DNA of 64,000 nucleotides from Candidatus Parcubacteria bacterium (GTDB lineage: Bacteria; Patescibacteriota; Minisyncoccia; UBA6257; 2-01-FULL-56-20). The position numbers and the translations under genes are program-made. Shown piece by piece: positions 16,726-27,099 of this stretch (position 1 is the stretch's first letter; every line of letters begins with the position of its first letter). The notes under the pieces are model-generated. The model made no database searches. It worked only from the letters and a program-made list of their open reading frames with translations, and was not told where the DNA came from. The stretch spans positions 11,932 to 75,931 of the forward strand of contig DAIDJL010000004.1 of the NCBI GenBank assembly GCA_027450205.1. Direction: 5' to 3'.

Positions 16726-18252
16726 ATGTCATACGAAATAATAGAAAAATTAAAAAAGGATATCGAAGGATATAAAGAGAAGCCCGAATGGGCTGAGGTC
16801 GGCCGCGTCATCGAGGTCGGCGACGGGATCGTCAAGATCCTCGGCTTACGCAATGCGGTCAGCCAGGAAGTGCTCATTATAGAGACCGCGCACGGCGAAC
16901 GTCCGGCGCTTGCGCTCAGCCTGGAGGAGGAATCCATCGGCGGGCTCGTACTTGGTGATTTTCTTTCGGTGGCGGTGGGGGACACGGTGCGCCGCACGGG
17001 CGACGTGCTTTCCATCCCGGTTGGCGACGAATTGATCGGGCGCGTCGTCGATCCGTTGGGCGAACCGCAGGACGGATTGGGGCCGATATTCAAAGCCGGC
17101 AGTAAGCCCCAGCGTAATCCGATGGAACGGCGCGCGCCCGGCATTCTTGAGCGCGAAGGAGTAAACACGCCGGTGCATACCGGCATCAAGGCGATCGACG
17201 CACTTATTCCGATCGGCCGCGGGCAGCGCGAGCTTATCATCGGCGATCGCCAGTCGGGAAAGACCGCCGTCGCGCTTGATGCCATTTTGAACCAAAAGAA
17301 CGACACCGGCCGCCGCACGCCGATCTGCATTTACGTCGCGATCGGCCAGAAGGAATCAAAGATCGTAAAGATCGCCGAGACGCTCAAAAAGTTCGACGCC
17401 TTCAAATACAGCATCATCGTCTCGGCCTCGGCGGGATCGCCGGCGGCCATGTGGTATCTTGCGCCGTACGCGGGCACCGCGATCGGCGAATATTTCCGCG
17501 ACAAGGGCATGGATGCGCTCATTGTTTACGACGATCTTTCCAAGCACGCGTGGGCATACCGTCAGATCTCTTTGTTGTTGCGCCGCCCGCCGGGCCGCGA
17601 GGCGTATCCGGGCGACGTCTTCTATCTGCACTCGCGCTTATTGGAGCGGTCCGCAAAGCTTTCCAAAGAGAAGGGCGGCGGTTCGCTTACCGCGCTGCCG
17701 ATCGTGGAAACCCAGCTGGGCGACGTGACGGCATATATTCCGACGAACATCATCTCCATCACTGACGGGCAGATCTATCTGGAGACGGATCTCTTCAACC
17801 AGGGCCAGCGCCCGGCGCTGAACGTCGGTATCTCGGTATCACGTGTCGGTTCCGCTGCGCAGACGAAGGCCATGAAGAAAGTGGCCGGCAAGCTTAAGCT
17901 TGCGCACGCGCAGTTCCGCGAGCTCCAGGCATTCGCGCAGTTTGCCACGGACGTGGACGAGGCCACGCGCAAGCGTATTCTGCAAGGACAAAAGATCAAT
18001 GAGGTTTTGAAGCAGAGCGACCTCGACCCGATGCCGGTGGAGGAGCAGGTCTGCGTGTTCTACGCGGTGCTCAACAACTATTTTGAGAATGTGGCCGTGG
18101 AAGATATTGCAAAGACGGAAGCCGGCCTTGTTGATTATCTCAGCAAACTTCACGAAGACGATATTTTGAGACCGATTCGCGAAACAGGATTGTTCGACGA
18201 GACGACGGAGAGCAAATTAAAAGAGGCGATCACGAGGTTTTTGGCAAAATAA
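16726..18252 (+). CDS. atpA: F-type ATP synthase subunit alpha
   Basis: Walker A GDRQSGKT. Highly conserved alpha-subunit blocks. Confidence 0.95.
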   Translation: MSYEIIEKLKKDIEGYKEKPEWAEVGRVIEVGDGIVKILGLRNAVSQEVLIIETAHGERPALALSLEEESIGGLVLGDFLSVAVGDTVRRTGDVLSIPVGDELIGRVVDPLGEPQDGLGPIFKAGSKPQRNPMERRAPGILEREGVNTPVHTGIKAIDALIPIGRGQRELIIGDRQSGKTAVALDAILNQKNDTGRRTPICIYVAIGQKESKIVKIAETLKKFDAFKYSIIVSASAGSPAAMWYLAPYAGTAIGEYFRDKGMDALIVYDDLSKHAWAYRQISLLLRRPPGREAYPGDVFYLHSRLLERSAKLSKEKGGGSLTALPIVETQLGDVTAYIPTNIISITDGQIYLETDLFNQGQRPALNVGISVSRVGSAAQTKAMKKVAGKLKLAHAQFRELQAFAQFATDVDEATRKRILQGQKINEVLKQSDLDPMPVEEQVCVFYAVLNNYFENVAVEDIAKTEAGLVDYLSKLHEDDILRPIRETGLFDETTESKLKEAITRFLAK

Positions 18253-18274
18253 CCGTACGGCTAAAATAAAAAAC

Positions 18275-20858
<2,584 letters not shown>

Positions 20859-20862
20859 AAGT

Positions 20863-21402
20863 ATGAGCTCAACTTTAGAGATGCCAAATAATATTGATGT
20901 TGAAAACGAAGGGGGATCCTTCATTAAATTTGAATCATCGAAAGAGCACTATAAGGCGGAGGCATGCATCGTGTGGTGCTACGATGCCCGGTTTGCGGAT
21001 CTGTATAATGATTTTCTGTCGCAGCGCGGTTTTGAGGATTCGAAAGTGGATGCCGTCAAAGGCGCAGGCGGCGCGCAGGCGCTTGCGGGAGGGGAGGGTG
21101 CCGATCGCACGGTCGCGGAATCCCAGATCGCGAAATCGATCAAGCTTCATCATACCGAGCGTGTCATTTTGATGGTACACATGGACTGCGGCGGCTATGG
21201 CGGTTCCAAGGCGTTTGGCGATGATCATCAGGCGGAATGGGACCACCACGTCGCCGAGCTTCAAAAAGCGGCGGATCTCGTGCAGAGCCAGTTTCCGCAG
21301 GTGAAAGAGATCGAGTGCTGGCTGGCCGACTTTGACGGTATACATAAGATCGACGCGATCACGGGTGCCGAAGCAAAAGAGGAGGAAGAGGAAGCGGCAT
21401 AA
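20863..21402 (+). CDS. Beta-class carbonic-anhydrase-like protein, paralog 1
   Basis: Zinc-ligand motifs in beta-CA order: C-Y-D-A-R (CIVWCYDARF), then about 60 residues later H-M-D-C-G-G (LMVHMDCGGYGG). Acidic poly-Glu tail. Confidence 0.5.
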   Translation: MSSTLEMPNNIDVENEGGSFIKFESSKEHYKAEACIVWCYDARFADLYNDFLSQRGFEDSKVDAVKGAGGAQALAGGEGADRTVAESQIAKSIKLHHTERVILMVHMDCGGYGGSKAFGDDHQAEWDHHVAELQKAADLVQSQFPQVKEIECWLADFDGIHKIDAITGAEAKEEEEEAA

Positions 21403-21483
21403 ATTCTCTTTTCTGTTGGACATATTTTGAAAATTAGGGTATACTTTTGCTAGTGGATTTAAATTCCCATTTTGCTCTGAGGG

Positions 21484-22053
21484 TTGCAAATGGCAGGATT
21501 GTTAGCTGCAGACCGCGCGTTCATCGAAAAACTTCGGAAAGCCGGAGTGTTTCTGGATGTGGAAAATCACCTTATTGACCAGACGGCAGGAGTGATTCTG
21601 GTAACATGTTCGGATGCGGATCGCTTTTGCGATATTTTTATGCATCAGATTTACATGCAGTCGGGATGCCGTCCCGATCCTCGCATTCACGTATTGGCTT
21701 GGCATGGTGGCGCTCTCGCATGCGCGCCGTGCTCACCGATCAACCGTCGGAAACATGCAGATGATGTTTTTCTGGACCAGATCATTGATGCCCGCGCGTT
21801 AAAAGGGATCAATGTTGTGGCGTTATATGCTCACGCGCCTTGCGGCGCGGCCGGGCACCATGGCGTCAGTCTTGAACGGGTCATCGCCCTTCAGGTCAGA
21901 GCTAAGCGCAGGATCAAGGCATTGAACGAAGGGGTCATGGTTGTTTGCTTCTTCCATGTTGATTACGGAAACGGCAAACAGCGGACGTATTTCCTCTGCC
22001 GTGAAAAATGGGAGCAGTGGGCGGAGGCTCATGGTATTCAGGCCATTGCCTGA
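21484..22053 (+). CDS. Beta-class carbonic-anhydrase-like protein, paralog 2 (divergent)
   Basis: Same ligand arrangement: CSDADRF ... AHAPCGAAGHHG. Roughly 25% identical to paralog 1. Confidence 0.45.
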   Translation: MQMAGLLAADRAFIEKLRKAGVFLDVENHLIDQTAGVILVTCSDADRFCDIFMHQIYMQSGCRPDPRIHVLAWHGGALACAPCSPINRRKHADDVFLDQIIDARALKGINVVALYAHAPCGAAGHHGVSLERVIALQVRAKRRIKALNEGVMVVCFFHVDYGNGKQRTYFLCREKWEQWAEAHGIQAIA

Positions 22054-22134
22054 TATCTTTCCGGGCCGGGAATTTTTCTCCCGGCTCATTTTTTATCTTT
22101 CTAAGGCGCGCCGCGTGCGATATAATGGAATGGA

Positions 22135-22413
22135 ATGAAAAATCATCCACCGGCCCTTTTTACCGAAAAAGTTTATGCTGTTGTGGCGAAGATCCCGCGC
22201 GGGAAGACGATGACCTATGGTGAGGTCGCCCGCCGGGCGGGACGGCCGGGCGCTGCCCGCGCAGTGGGGAACATCATGCACAATAATCCGGACACGAAAA
22301 AAGTGCCGTGCCATCGCGTGGTGCGGGCGGATGGAACGCCCGGAGGCTACGCGTGGGGCATAAAAAGGAAGATCGCGCTCCTGCGGCGCGAAGGCGCAAT
22401 TCCGTTCAGATAG
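22135..22413 (+). CDS. ogt: Methylated-DNA-protein-cysteine methyltransferase DNA-binding domain protein (Ogt/MGMT C-terminal domain only)
   Basis: Active-site motif PCHRVV and a helix-turn-helix (TYGEVARRAGRPGAARAVG). Confidence 0.8.
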   Translation: MKNHPPALFTEKVYAVVAKIPRGKTMTYGEVARRAGRPGAARAVGNIMHNNPDTKKVPCHRVVRADGTPGGYAWGIKRKIALLRREGAIPFR

Positions 22414-22453
22414 AGCGCGTTTCGGCACGATTGCCGTATGGTATACTGGAGGC

Positions 22454-22936
22454 ATGAAATCTTTGGGTGCCCTGAAGACATTGGCCATCGTGTTCGCCGT
22501 GATCATCATCATCCTGCTGGGCGTGCTCTTTTTCTACAATCCTGCGAAGGCGCCGCTGCTCCCGCCGGACAACGCCGGCGGGGCGAAAATACTCCAGCCG
22601 ACCCTTTCCGCGGACGGGCATCTTGGCGTGACGGCGCCGCAGCCGGGCGCGCTCGTGACGTCGCCGGTCACCGTCGTGGGCACCGTCACCGGCGGCGGAT
22701 GGTTTTTTGAGGCGTCATTTCCGGTAAAGGTTCTGGACGGCAACGGCACGGTCATCGGCCGCGGCATCGCGCAGGCGCAAGCCGACTGGATGTCCACGAG
22801 CTCCGTGCCCTTCACCGCAATCGTGCAATTTTCCGCGCCGGCAGGCGCCACGGGCACGGTCGTGCTTTCCAAGGACAATCCGTCCGGCAATCCCGCAATG
22901 GACATGTCTCTCAGCATTCCGATAAGATTCAAATAA
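22454..22936 (+). CDS. Membrane-anchored protein with Ig-like (Gmad2-like) domain, hypothetical
   Basis: N-terminal TM LAIVFAVIIIILLGVLFF followed by a beta-rich domain (VTVVGTVTGGGWFFEASFPVKVLDGNGTVIG). Confidence 0.45.
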   Translation: MKSLGALKTLAIVFAVIIIILLGVLFFYNPAKAPLLPPDNAGGAKILQPTLSADGHLGVTAPQPGALVTSPVTVVGTVTGGGWFFEASFPVKVLDGNGTVIGRGIAQAQADWMSTSSVPFTAIVQFSAPAGATGTVVLSKDNPSGNPAMDMSLSIPIRFK

Positions 22937-22946
22937 AATATCATTT

Positions 22947-23402
22947 ATGAATTTCGAAAAAGGAGCAAGTGAGAATCCCGAAACGAGGATGGTACGGACC
23001 ATCGATGGTTCTTCCAAAGGCACCGTCGAGGCGCTGGATGCCGTCGTTCATTTTCTGGAGTCGGCGGATCTGAACGGAGATCGCATCGATGACATCAAGA
23101 AGACCGTGCGCGTCGGGATCGAGAACGCCGTTACCTATGCCAACCACGGAGATGCGAAAAAATCGATCGTTGTCGAGCTTTCGGTAAATGTCGCAAAGGA
23201 CAGCGAAGGATCCGTGGAAATATCCATCGCGGGCGAAGACAAAGCGGTGGAAGCGTCTTCTCCTACGGAAGCTGAGGCCAGTCTGCAGGGCGCGCGGGCA
23301 GGAGATCTTTTCATGAAGCTCCCGGCGGGCATTGAAGTGACCCTTTTTCCCGAGGAGAACAGGGTGATATTGAAGCGGAACGCGGAACCGGCAGGGGAAT
23401 AA
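22947..23402 (+). CDS. Hypothetical acidic protein, possibly GHKL/anti-sigma-factor-like ATP-binding fold
   Basis: Weak resemblance to the RsbW/SpoIIAB-type HATPase fold (VRVGIENAVTYANHG ... ELSVNV). No firm motif. Confidence 0.3.
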   Translation: MNFEKGASENPETRMVRTIDGSSKGTVEALDAVVHFLESADLNGDRIDDIKKTVRVGIENAVTYANHGDAKKSIVVELSVNVAKDSEGSVEISIAGEDKAVEASSPTEAEASLQGARAGDLFMKLPAGIEVTLFPEENRVILKRNAEPAGE

Positions 23403-23441
23403 AAAAAGCCCCCCGTCATGGATCGTTGAATATGACGGGGG

Positions 23442-23699
23442 TTACTTCGTGGGAAAAAGATCAAGCTGATGACGGTTAAAGAATGCTTTGTCGCTGCCGG
23501 ATTTGCCGAGCTTGCTGCAAACGAGTGCGCGCATTTCGCTTTGGAGGGGATCATTGCGGATCCCATGTTTATCGAGCGCCACGATGACGGCACCCAATGC
23601 ATTCTTCTTATAAGGCTGTCTGCCGTATAGCTCGCTGGCATCGTGAAGGACCGCCAGGAACAGCGGGCTTTCCTCCAGTTTTATTTCTTTGGTTGCCAA
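23442..23699 (-). CDS. Hypothetical small protein (85 aa)
   Basis: ORF with AT-rich flanks. First gene of a two-gene minus-strand cassette. No family recognised. Confidence 0.4.
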   Translation of the reverse strand: MATKEIKLEESPLFLAVLHDASELYGRQPYKKNALGAVIVALDKHGIRNDPLQSEMRALVCSKLGKSGSDKAFFNRHQLDLFPTK

Positions 23700-23822
23700 G
23701 GCGCACCTCTCCTTTCCTGTTTAGTATTTTAACATAAATATCCGATATACGCAACTAGGGACAGGATAAGAAAAGCCGCCCCGTAATGTGCGGGGCGGCC
23801 GGGTTATTGCATGGACGATAGA

Positions 23823-24278
23823 CTAGAACGTCCGAAACTTGTCTGCGAATGCGGGGTTGTTTTCCAACTTCTCCTGAACGAGCCGGGAGCGGGAAGAGAT
23901 TTGGCGGTGGATGATCCCGACGAGCTCGGAGATCCTTTTGGGATCTTCTTTGTCGGGATTGTATTGAGCAAAGGTCAGCTCAATAGCCTTTTCAAACGAG
24001 ACCTGATAGTCGACAAGCACTCTCACGTAATCCGTCAATGCCTTGACGGAATAGGAGATCTCTTTGCGTTGCCGTTCTCTTCTGATCGCGGCGCGGATCT
24101 CGCATTTAAGTATCTCCTGCGTTTCGCCGGGCTCGATGTGGTATTGCCCCATCAGGTATTCCAGCGCGTTCTCAAGGCCGCCGAACTCGCGCATGGATTC
24201 TCTTGTTTCGGTGATCAGGGTTGCAAGAGAAACATCAAAACTCTCTCGTTCGGGCGGTAATGCGATATTGGCCGTCAT
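23823..24278 (-). CDS. Hypothetical protein (151 aa)
   Basis: ORF with typical codon usage and a mostly helical prediction. No family recognised. Confidence 0.45.
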   Translation of the reverse strand: MTANIALPPERESFDVSLATLITETRESMREFGGLENALEYLMGQYHIEPGETQEILKCEIRAAIRRERQRKEISYSVKALTDYVRVLVDYQVSFEKAIELTFAQYNPDKEDPKRISELVGIIHRQISSRSRLVQEKLENNPAFADKFRTF

Positions 24279-24402
24279 TCGTTACCTCGAAAATGAAAAT
24301 AGTACCGTCTCTATTTCTACCCTTTTTTATTAGAGATGTCAAAGTTTTGTGCAATATCTTTCTATGCCAGTTCCGTTATAATTTAACTATCGTATCAACA
24401 TT

Positions 24403-25059
24403 ATGATTCCTCCCAAAGACCTTCCGCGCCTGCGCGCCCGGTGGCGCAAGATTTCCCGCACGCTTGGCAGGCTTTTTCCGCATCCCAAGATCGCGCTCAC
24501 GTACGGCAATGCGTGGGAACTGCTCGTGGCGGTTCAGCTTTCCGCGCAGTGCACGGACAAGAAAGTGAATGAGGTGACGCCCGCGCTGTTCAAAAAGTAC
24601 CGGACGCTCGACGCGTATGTGCGCGCTGGCAGGACGGCGGCCGGCGTTCGCGCGTTCGAAGCGATGGTGAAGCAGACCGGATTCTATCGCGCGAAGACGC
24701 GCAACATTCTCGCGGCGGCACGCGTGGTCAAGGAAAAGTTCGGCGGCAAACTCCCGCGCACGATGGCGGAGATGGTGACAATCCCGGGCGTCGGCCGCAA
24801 GTCGGCGAACGTCATCCTCGGCAACACCTACGGCGTGGTGGAGGGGATCGCGGTGGACACGCACGTGATGCGCCTGTCGCGCGTGCTCGGCCTCTCGCGC
24901 GAAAAGACGCCGGAGAAGATAGAGCAGGACCTGATGGCCATCATCCCGCGCAAGGATTGGTTTCGCGCCACGTACATGCTGATCGACTACGGCCGCGCCT
25001 ACTGCGTGGCACGCCCGCACAAGCACGAGCTGTGCCCGCTGACGAAAGTGGTGGGGTAG
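24403..25059 (+). CDS. nth: Endonuclease III (DNA glycosylase/AP lyase)
   Basis: HhH-GPD motif IPGVGRKSANVIL, catalytic Lys/Asp context, and C-terminal 4Fe-4S cluster C-x6-C-x2-C-x5-C (CVARPHKHELCPL). Confidence 0.9.
   Translation: MIPPKDLPRLRARWRKISRTLGRLFPHPKIALTYGNAWELLVAVQLSAQCTDKKVNEVTPALFKKYRTLDAYVRAGRTAAGVRAFEAMVKQTGFYRAKTRNILAAARVVKEKFGGKLPRTMAEMVTIPGVGRKSANVILGNTYGVVEGIAVDTHVMRLSRVLGLSREKTPEKIEQDLMAIIPRKDWFRATYMLIDYGRAYCVARPHKHELCPLTKVVG
24985..25059 (+). repeat. Direct repeat copy A (3' end of nth)
   Basis: The 72-75 nt segment GACTACGGCCGCGCCTACTGCGTGGCACGCCCGCACAAGCACGAGCTGTGCCCGCTGACGAAAGTG... is repeated at 25869-25940 with 3 mismatches over the shared ~66 nt. Confidence 0.8.
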
Positions 25060-25133
25060 GGGGAATAAAAAAAAGAAAAGCGCCGCCCTCATAAAAAGAT
25101 GGGCGGCGCATGGATATTAGTAAGGAAGAGCCA

Positions 25134-25775
25134 TTATTGTTTGTTGGCGAGAAATTCCCGGCCTTTGCCAACGGTGGTGTTTATGGGAGTGTCTGCAGCA
25201 CACAGCGGGCATTCATCCGCTTCCCAACTTTTGAGATCGATGCTAGTAAGCGAGTAGAGTTCTGGAAGAAGGCCAATGTCTCCTTCTGTCACTCCGCCGC
25301 GGTTATAGATGGCGCCAAGCCCAATGACGTTTCCGCCGAGCGCGTAGACGGCATCGAATACTTTCTTCGCCGAACCACCGGTAGTAAGGACGTCCTCGAC
25401 GATAAGGATGTTTTTGCCGGGGATGAGTTTTTCATATCCCCGTTTGATAACGAATTTATCGCCATCTTTTTCGGCATAAACCGCGAGCACGATACGACCG
25501 GAGAGCGTGGACAGCATACTTGCGGTGTGTTGCGATAGGATGATGCCGCCCTTTTCCGGTCCGACAACAACATTGACTTCGCGATCCAAAAAGTGTTGGG
25601 CGAAGTAAAGGCAGAGGTATGAGGTTTCCCTCGTGTGCGGGTAGATGGCATCCTTGTTCACATAAGCCGAACCATGCTTACCCGATGTATAGACGAAGTG
25701 ACCATCGTTGAGCACGGCACCCACTCGTCCGAGGATCTTCATTGCGTCCAACTGAATTTTTCCTTCTGCATTCAT
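25134..25775 (-). CDS. pyrE: Type I phosphoribosyltransferase, orotate phosphoribosyltransferase-like
   Basis: PRPP-binding motif ILIVEDVLTTGGS. N-terminal GHFVYTSGKHGSAYVNK resembles OPRTase. C-terminal extension with CPLC. Confidence 0.6.
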   Translation of the reverse strand: MNAEGKIQLDAMKILGRVGAVLNDGHFVYTSGKHGSAYVNKDAIYPHTRETSYLCLYFAQHFLDREVNVVVGPEKGGIILSQHTASMLSTLSGRIVLAVYAEKDGDKFVIKRGYEKLIPGKNILIVEDVLTTGGSAKKVFDAVYALGGNVIGLGAIYNRGGVTEGDIGLLPELYSLTSIDLKSWEADECPLCAADTPINTTVGKGREFLANKQ

Positions 25776-25868
25776 AAGGCATGCTTCCTTTCAAAGGGCT
25801 GTTGGGCCGGATCCCGTTTGGATTGGGCTTAGGTATGGTTTATCAGAAAAATTGCGGGATGGCAAATG

Positions 25869-25940
25869 GACTACGGCCGCGCCTACTGCGTGGCACGCCC
25901 GCACAAGCACGGGCTGTGCCCGTTGACGAAGGTGCTCTAG
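25869..25940 (+). repeat. Direct repeat copy B (duplicate of nth 3' end, encodes DYGRAYCVARPHKHGLCPLTKVL*)
   Basis: Near-identical to 24985-25059. Lies ~810 bp downstream on the far side of the pyrE-like gene. Confidence 0.8.
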
Positions 25941-25984
25941 AATCGTATCCTTGGAGTAGCAGCGCATTTCTAGGAGGGTGAAAT

Positions 25985-26422
25985 ATGATAACCGTGACGC
26001 TCTCTGGTTTGCCAGAGATGGGCGAAGATGCCAAGCGGTCGCTATTCCGCAACTGCGTGGCCGCGATATGTCTTGAAAAGGATTGGGACCTCAAGAAAAG
26101 GGATTTTATCTTTGAGTTCTCGCCGTCAACAATAATTTCCGCAAATGAGACGCATCAGATCAACGTTGTCGTCCATGGCTTTCCTATAAAGCCCAGAGAT
26201 GGAAGGATTCGCAACCTCTTTGCGCACGTGCTTGGAACCAAGCTCCGAGAATGGTATCCAGACATTTTTATCCGGGTTCGTGTGCCAAAGGTCGATTCCG
26301 AGGAAGGATTTTGGAGTTCAGATCGAAAGCCAAATCCCTATCAGGCGGTTCGTGAGCTCGAGCGCATGCTCGGACCGAAGGCGGGCGTCGGAGACGAGTG
26401 CCTCGACTATCGGCGTTACTAA
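25985..26422 (+). CDS. Hypothetical protein (145 aa), lower-GC segment
   Basis: ORF with a GGAGGG RBS-like sequence upstream. No family recognised. Confidence 0.4.
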   Translation: MITVTLSGLPEMGEDAKRSLFRNCVAAICLEKDWDLKKRDFIFEFSPSTIISANETHQINVVVHGFPIKPRDGRIRNLFAHVLGTKLREWYPDIFIRVRVPKVDSEEGFWSSDRKPNPYQAVRELERMLGPKAGVGDECLDYRRY

Positions 26423-26540
26423 TTTATCGGGCCATCAATAAACGATCTGGGGAGCGAAAGCCCCCCCGATTTTTCTATGATCAATATAGAGTCGTATTTA
26501 CGGTCTTTATTCGTACATTAACATGTGTTAATATACGAAT

Positions 26541-26795
26541 ATGAAAAAAGATTTCTATTCAACAGCCGAAGTTGCCCAGATATTGAACCTAAGCCGGGTT
26601 TCTGTTTTTAATAGGATCAAAAAGGGGAAGATCAAAGCCACTAAGGTTGGGCGTAATTTTATCGTTACCCACGACGAGCTTCTGGAAGCATTAGGCGATA
26701 AAATCGGTCCGGCAAAAAAAGCACAGATCGAGAAAGCCATCAATCGGGCCATGAAGGATTATAAAGAAGTTTTTGAGAAACTTGCCAAGGAATGA
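26541..26795 (+). CDS. Excisionase/AlpA-family helix-turn-helix DNA-binding protein
   Basis: HTH_17-type motif YSTAEVAQILNLSRVSVFNRIKKGKIKATKVGRNFIV. Short basic protein. Confidence 0.65.
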   Translation: MKKDFYSTAEVAQILNLSRVSVFNRIKKGKIKATKVGRNFIVTHDELLEALGDKIGPAKKAQIEKAINRAMKDYKEVFEKLAKE

Positions 26796-26957
26796 GACCT
26801 AAGCCGATTACCATCGCGGAGGTCGAATATACACGCATTTCTGTTGGCACATACGGTTGATTTCTAAAGTCGTCTGGCCAATATCCCTTCGGGATATCCC
26901 CATTTTGACACCGTCAAAAGTGTGCTAAAATGGATATTGTTAGTTAGAAGAAAGGCC

Positions 26958-27003
26958 GCTTTCCGGTGTGAGGCTGGAACGCGGTTTTTCGTTTTTTTTG
27001 ACT
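26958..27003 (+). terminator. Intrinsic terminator upstream of uvrB promoter
   Basis: Stem CCGCTTTCC ... GGAACGCGG followed by TTTTTCGTTTTTTTT. Then TTGACT-17nt-TAAACT, a promoter-like pair. Confidence 0.55.
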
Positions 27004-27099
27004 CTCCATTAAAAAAACATTAAACTGGATTGGCAGAGATTTGGATGAGCAACCCCTATAGCCCTCGGGCAAGGGGCGTTTCGAACTATAACGAACGCC

